DNA from: Octopus sinensis
Lineage: Eukaryota
DNA: 23,045 nt
NCBI RefSeq assembly: GCF_006345805.1
Contig: NW_021836701.1
Span: forward strand, 1-23,045
Direction: 5' to 3'
This document shows, one piece after another, positions 19,788-23,045 of this stretch. The notes beneath the pieces are model-generated. The model did no database searches, was not told the DNA's origin, and saw nothing but the letters and a program-made list of their open reading frames with translations. Position numbers and translations under genes: made by a program. The first letter of the stretch is position 1. Each line of letters begins with the position of its first letter.

Positions 19788-20420
19788 TTAGGTTGGAAAG
19801 AAAGTCCTTTCACTTTTCAAGGTGGGAAAGAAACAAATACTTCATTAGTCTTAATTAATATATTAAAAATTATAAATGCACCCTTTTAAAGCCTAGACAG
19901 GCTAATGGGCCCGGTTTTCCGGTTTCAATGGCGTATGTGTTCCCCAGCTGGACGGGACGCCAGTCCATCGCAGCGTTACTCATTTTTGCCAGCTGAGTGG
20001 ACTGGAGCAACGTGAAATGAAGGATTTTTCTCAAGAACACAATGCGTCGCCCGGTCCAGGAATCGAAACCACCATGTTACGATCATGATGCTGACACACT
20101 AACCACTAAGCCACTAATTAATATATTCAGTCAAGATAATATTTCTCCTTATTGTTGATAATATAATCCCATCTATCTGGGAAATAGTTGGTCCCTTGGG
20201 CATAAAATCCTTCAGGCTTTGAAGCAATATAATTTTAGCCTCATTGCAATAGATAAACTGTTCTCCTAAATGTTGCATGATCTGAAAAGATGATGGTTAT
20301 ATGGAACAAGGTCAAAACAGTAAAGAGGATGAGATAAACCTTCCCTATTTAGTGCCATTACCTTTTCCTGATTGACAACATGTGGCCTTGCATTATCATG
20401 TAAGAGCAATACCTTTTTAC
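19788..20420 (-). mobile_element. Mariner (DD34D) transposon remnant: 3' TIR plus decayed transposase C-terminal half
   Basis: Minus-strand 20420-20127 reads KKVLLLHDNARPHVVNQEKVMALNREGLSHPLYCFDLVPYNHHLFRS, then a frameshift and MQHLGEQF...YYLD* (cf. LLHDNARPH...HPPYSPDLAPSDYHLFRS). TTAGGTTGGAAAGAAAGTCC at 19788 resembles a mariner TIR. Confidence 0.88.
19865..20114 (-). mobile_element. SINE family C (tRNA head plus conserved-domain-like body), 13-bp TSD TAATTAATATATT (19852-19864 and 20115-20127)
   Basis: The minus strand has A box TGGCTTAGTGG and B box GGTTTCGATTCC, then aaatgagtaacgctgcgatggactggcgtcccgtccag, which resembles central domains shared by metazoan SINE superfamilies. Superfamily not assigned. 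Confidence 0.88.
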
Positions 20421-20460
20421 ATATGTGTATATGCTTGTAAATCATATTATATACATATCA

Positions 20461-20756
20461 TCTTTATATATAAAACTGAAGTTGTGTGTGTGAAAGTCTG
20501 TCTCCTCCGATTTAGATTCCTAACTACTCCCACATTTTGCGGTGCAGTTTAACCAAAAGCGGGTATCTTATAGTCGTGATTCATATCGAGCCCTTCTGGG
20601 TATTAGCGCGCGTCTACGATGATAAAAAAATTTACCATCATTTTTTCGCATTTTTAACGCATTTTTTGCTCGGTTTATATAAGGGAAGTAACTCTCTAAA
20701 ATGCTTATATAGTTATTTCCCTTACAAACCCAAGCAACGCCGGGCGATACTGCTAG
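20461..20756 (+). mobile_element. Non-autonomous Helitron (296 bp)
   Basis: A|TCTTTATATATAAAA...CCCAAGCAACGCCGGGCGATACTGCTAG|T; its 3' roughly 125 bp is shared with 12273-12657. Confidence 0.87.
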
Positions 20757-21196
20757 TATGATATATATATATGCGTGTGTGTGTGTATGTAAATGTGTGT
20801 GTGTGTATACACATATATGCACCAACAACTTTTGATCGCTTCAGTGCGTTATTGATTCATTAAGACTACAAAGGAAAAAAAATCGGTGACTAAAAACATT
20901 GTTGTTTTTGTTGTGTTGGAATAAGTATTGACGATGATGATGATTATGATTATGATGACGACGACAACGACGACGACGACAAGTTGTAGGAGAAACAACC
21001 GAACGTCTGAATTTCTGGGAAGAAACAATTCTCCATGTCGTTTCTGGTTAGAGAAACTTAGCCTAAATAAACTTAGCCACGGAAGAACAAACACATTGAC
21101 AAGCCTGACAGAGCTGAGGCTTTTACATATGATCCGCTGTTTATCCCATTCAGCGTTATGGAATAACGACATAAAGGAATTAGTATAAGAATGCTA

Positions 21197-21440
21197 AGCG
21201 GAGAGTGGGCAGAATTGTTTGCACGTCGGACGAAATGTTCTGCTGTATTTCTTCTAGCCCTTTGTTTTGTCTTTTAATCCGAGACCAATTTCTGCTTTTC
21301 ATACATACCTTATTCAGGGTCTATAAAATAAAGTAACCTTTACTTATATCCATGCCATCGGCTAACCCACTCTCCTTTCAATCGCTGCCTAAATAGTTGC
21401 TCTTGTAACAAAATTTGAAACCATTATTATTATTATTATT
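21197..21440 (+). mobile_element. Highly diverged SINE family B variant ending in (TTA)n
   Basis: gagtgggcagaattgtttgcacgtcggacgaaatg...cagggtctataaaataaagtaacc...aaaatttgaaacca(tta)n. Confidence 0.6.
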
Positions 21441-21991
21441 GAGGAGAGAGCCGTTCATGCCATCAAAGTGACACTGGGGTGTAAAATATACGAAGCCAAT
21501 ATACCCATCATGACTACCCGTCTGATAAAGGTACACCAGGCACATGCATCACAACCTATGTGCGCGACATGGTGATCTCATATCAAGATAAACAGCATAT
21601 GACCTTGAGGTGGGGCCCAGTTAGATTTTCTTCAGGTTGAGTAGCCCATCCGCTCAAAAGGTCCCTGAATAAGGATTGTTTAAGGATGTTGAAAGAACCA
21701 CCGTGTTTCAGAGGTGAATATTCAAACCCCAAAGAATCCCTCTCAACACATGGCTATGATGCTCCCCCACTACTTCTGCTCGTGATCAGAGATGCACATA
21801 TCGTCAGCCACTAAGGGACATGCTCAACTGGTTAAGGTCAAAAACTGACAAGCAAATCCTGTGGTATTGAGCAGAATATTTGCTGGGTAGCCCATCTTTT
21901 ATACCAAGACAGAACAATGTACATGATAACACTTCCAATCAATTAAGATCAGAAGCCATGAGAGCCACGCCTGGTACTGCATCAGGCATTT
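21441..21991 (-). mobile_element. Roughly 550-bp non-coding interspersed element embedded in (ATT)n
   Basis: A second copy lies at 22257-22490. (ATT)n is on both sides, and there is no ORF, TIR or Pol III box. Confidence 0.8.
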
Positions 21992-21992
21992 A

Positions 21993-22131
21993 TGATTATT
22001 ATTATTAATATTATTTTATTATTATTATTATTGTTATTATTATTATTATATTAGTATTATTAATATTGTTATTATATTATTATTATTATTATTATGATTG
22101 TTATTATTTTATTATTATTATAATCTTGTTA

Positions 22132-22198
<67 letters not shown>

Positions 22199-22256
22199 AT
22201 ATTGTTGTTATATTATTATTATTATTATTAATGATTATTATTATTATATTATTATT
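21993..22256. repeat. Degenerate (ATT)n tract
   Basis: Seen directly in the sequence. Confidence 0.97.
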
Positions 22257-22490
22257 GAGTGAGAGAGCAGTTCATGCCATCAAAGTGACACAGAGGTACA
22301 AAATACGAAGCCCAATATACCCATCATGACTACCCGTCTGATAAGGGTACACCAGGCACATGCATCACAACCACATATGAGCGACATAGTGATCCCATAT
22401 CAAGATTAACAGCGCATGACCTTGCAGGTGGGGGCCAAGTTAGAATTTTCTTCTGGTCGAGTGGCCGATCCCGCTCAAAAGGTCCTCTGA
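22257..22490 (-). mobile_element. Truncated second copy of the 21441-21991 element, retaining the end next to (ATT)n
   Basis: gagagagc.gttcatgccatcaaagtgacac...ccgctcaaaaggtcc.ctga aligns with 21441-21668. Confidence 0.85.
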
Positions 22491-22512
22491 AGGCTCCTGC
22501 CAAAACTTGAAG

Positions 22513-22640
22513 TCATCATCATCAGTAGTAGTAGTAGTTGTAGGAGGAGGAGGAGGAGGCGTCGAAGACGATGTATAAGTGTTCAGATTTTATTGGATGA
22601 TCTGCACAAATGATTTGTTTATAATGATTAAATGTTCTCC

Positions 22641-22703
<63 letters not shown>

Positions 22704-22899
22704 CCCAATATCTTTGCCATGAGAACACTATGAGAAAGTCAGAACGAAATAGCTCTGTGACTTCATTAGATGGCGTAACTCGCGCTTAATCGGGGACCCT
22801 TTCATTGTCGTGTCATCAACGCTCTGCAAAAGTGTACGATACACAAAGTGCAGCAGCAGTAGCAGCAGCAGCAGCAATAGTAGTAGTAGTAGTAGTAGC
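22513..22899. repeat. Trinucleotide tracts (CAT)/(TAG)/(GAG)n 22513-22558, (TAG)n 22641-22700, (GCA)/(TAG)n 22850-22899
   Basis: Seen directly in the sequence. Confidence 0.92.
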
Positions 22900-23045
22900 T
22901 AATGCCTGGTTGGGCGGAAATTACAAGAAATATGTTGAATCAAAATGGAAGAATTTCATTTCGTTTTTCCGTTTTTTTATCATATAGATATATATTGTGC
23001 TGTATTTATTTTTTGTAAATTGTTTTGCTTGTATGTTGTTTTTCC

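Noticed and set aside
20975-21190. Unique stretch faintly resembling a REL-LINE C-terminus or an exon (ETILHVVSG, LLHMIRCLS)
   Set aside because: The similarity is too weak and spread over different frames, and there are no coherent splice signals.
21308-21674. 12-bp inverted pair CCTTATTCAGGG / CCCTGAATAAGG
   Set aside because: The two halves belong to different repeats (a decayed SINE-B and the ATT-embedded element), so the match is coincidental.

Overview
Eukaryotic, AT-rich, almost entirely non-coding DNA made of microsatellites and interspersed repeats. The repeat families look like those I associate with octopus (coleoid cephalopod) genomes; this is recognition from memory, not a database result. 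Almost all ORFs in the supplied track are translations of simple repeats or SINEs. Supportable content: about 20 full or partial copies of three tRNA-derived SINE families (called A, B and C here); decayed LINE remnants (two R4/Dong-like endonuclease 3' ends, one R4/Dong-like RT remnant, one RTE 3' end); a mariner transposase remnant with its TIR; two non-autonomous Helitrons with exact A|TC...CTAG|T termini; two copies of a non-coding element embedded in (ATT)n; and one plausible 145-nt minus-strand exon (7646-7790), which would make much of the window intronic. I see no intact gene and no prokaryote-type system. The best leads are a minimal Penelope-type hammerhead ribozyme motif (14124-14158), a SINE flanked by a roughly 135-bp direct repeat, a SINE whose Pol III A-box region has become a 19/57-bp higher-order minisatellite, a 119-bp hairpin, and the (AAT)n-associated retroelements. 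None of these is demonstrated to be novel.
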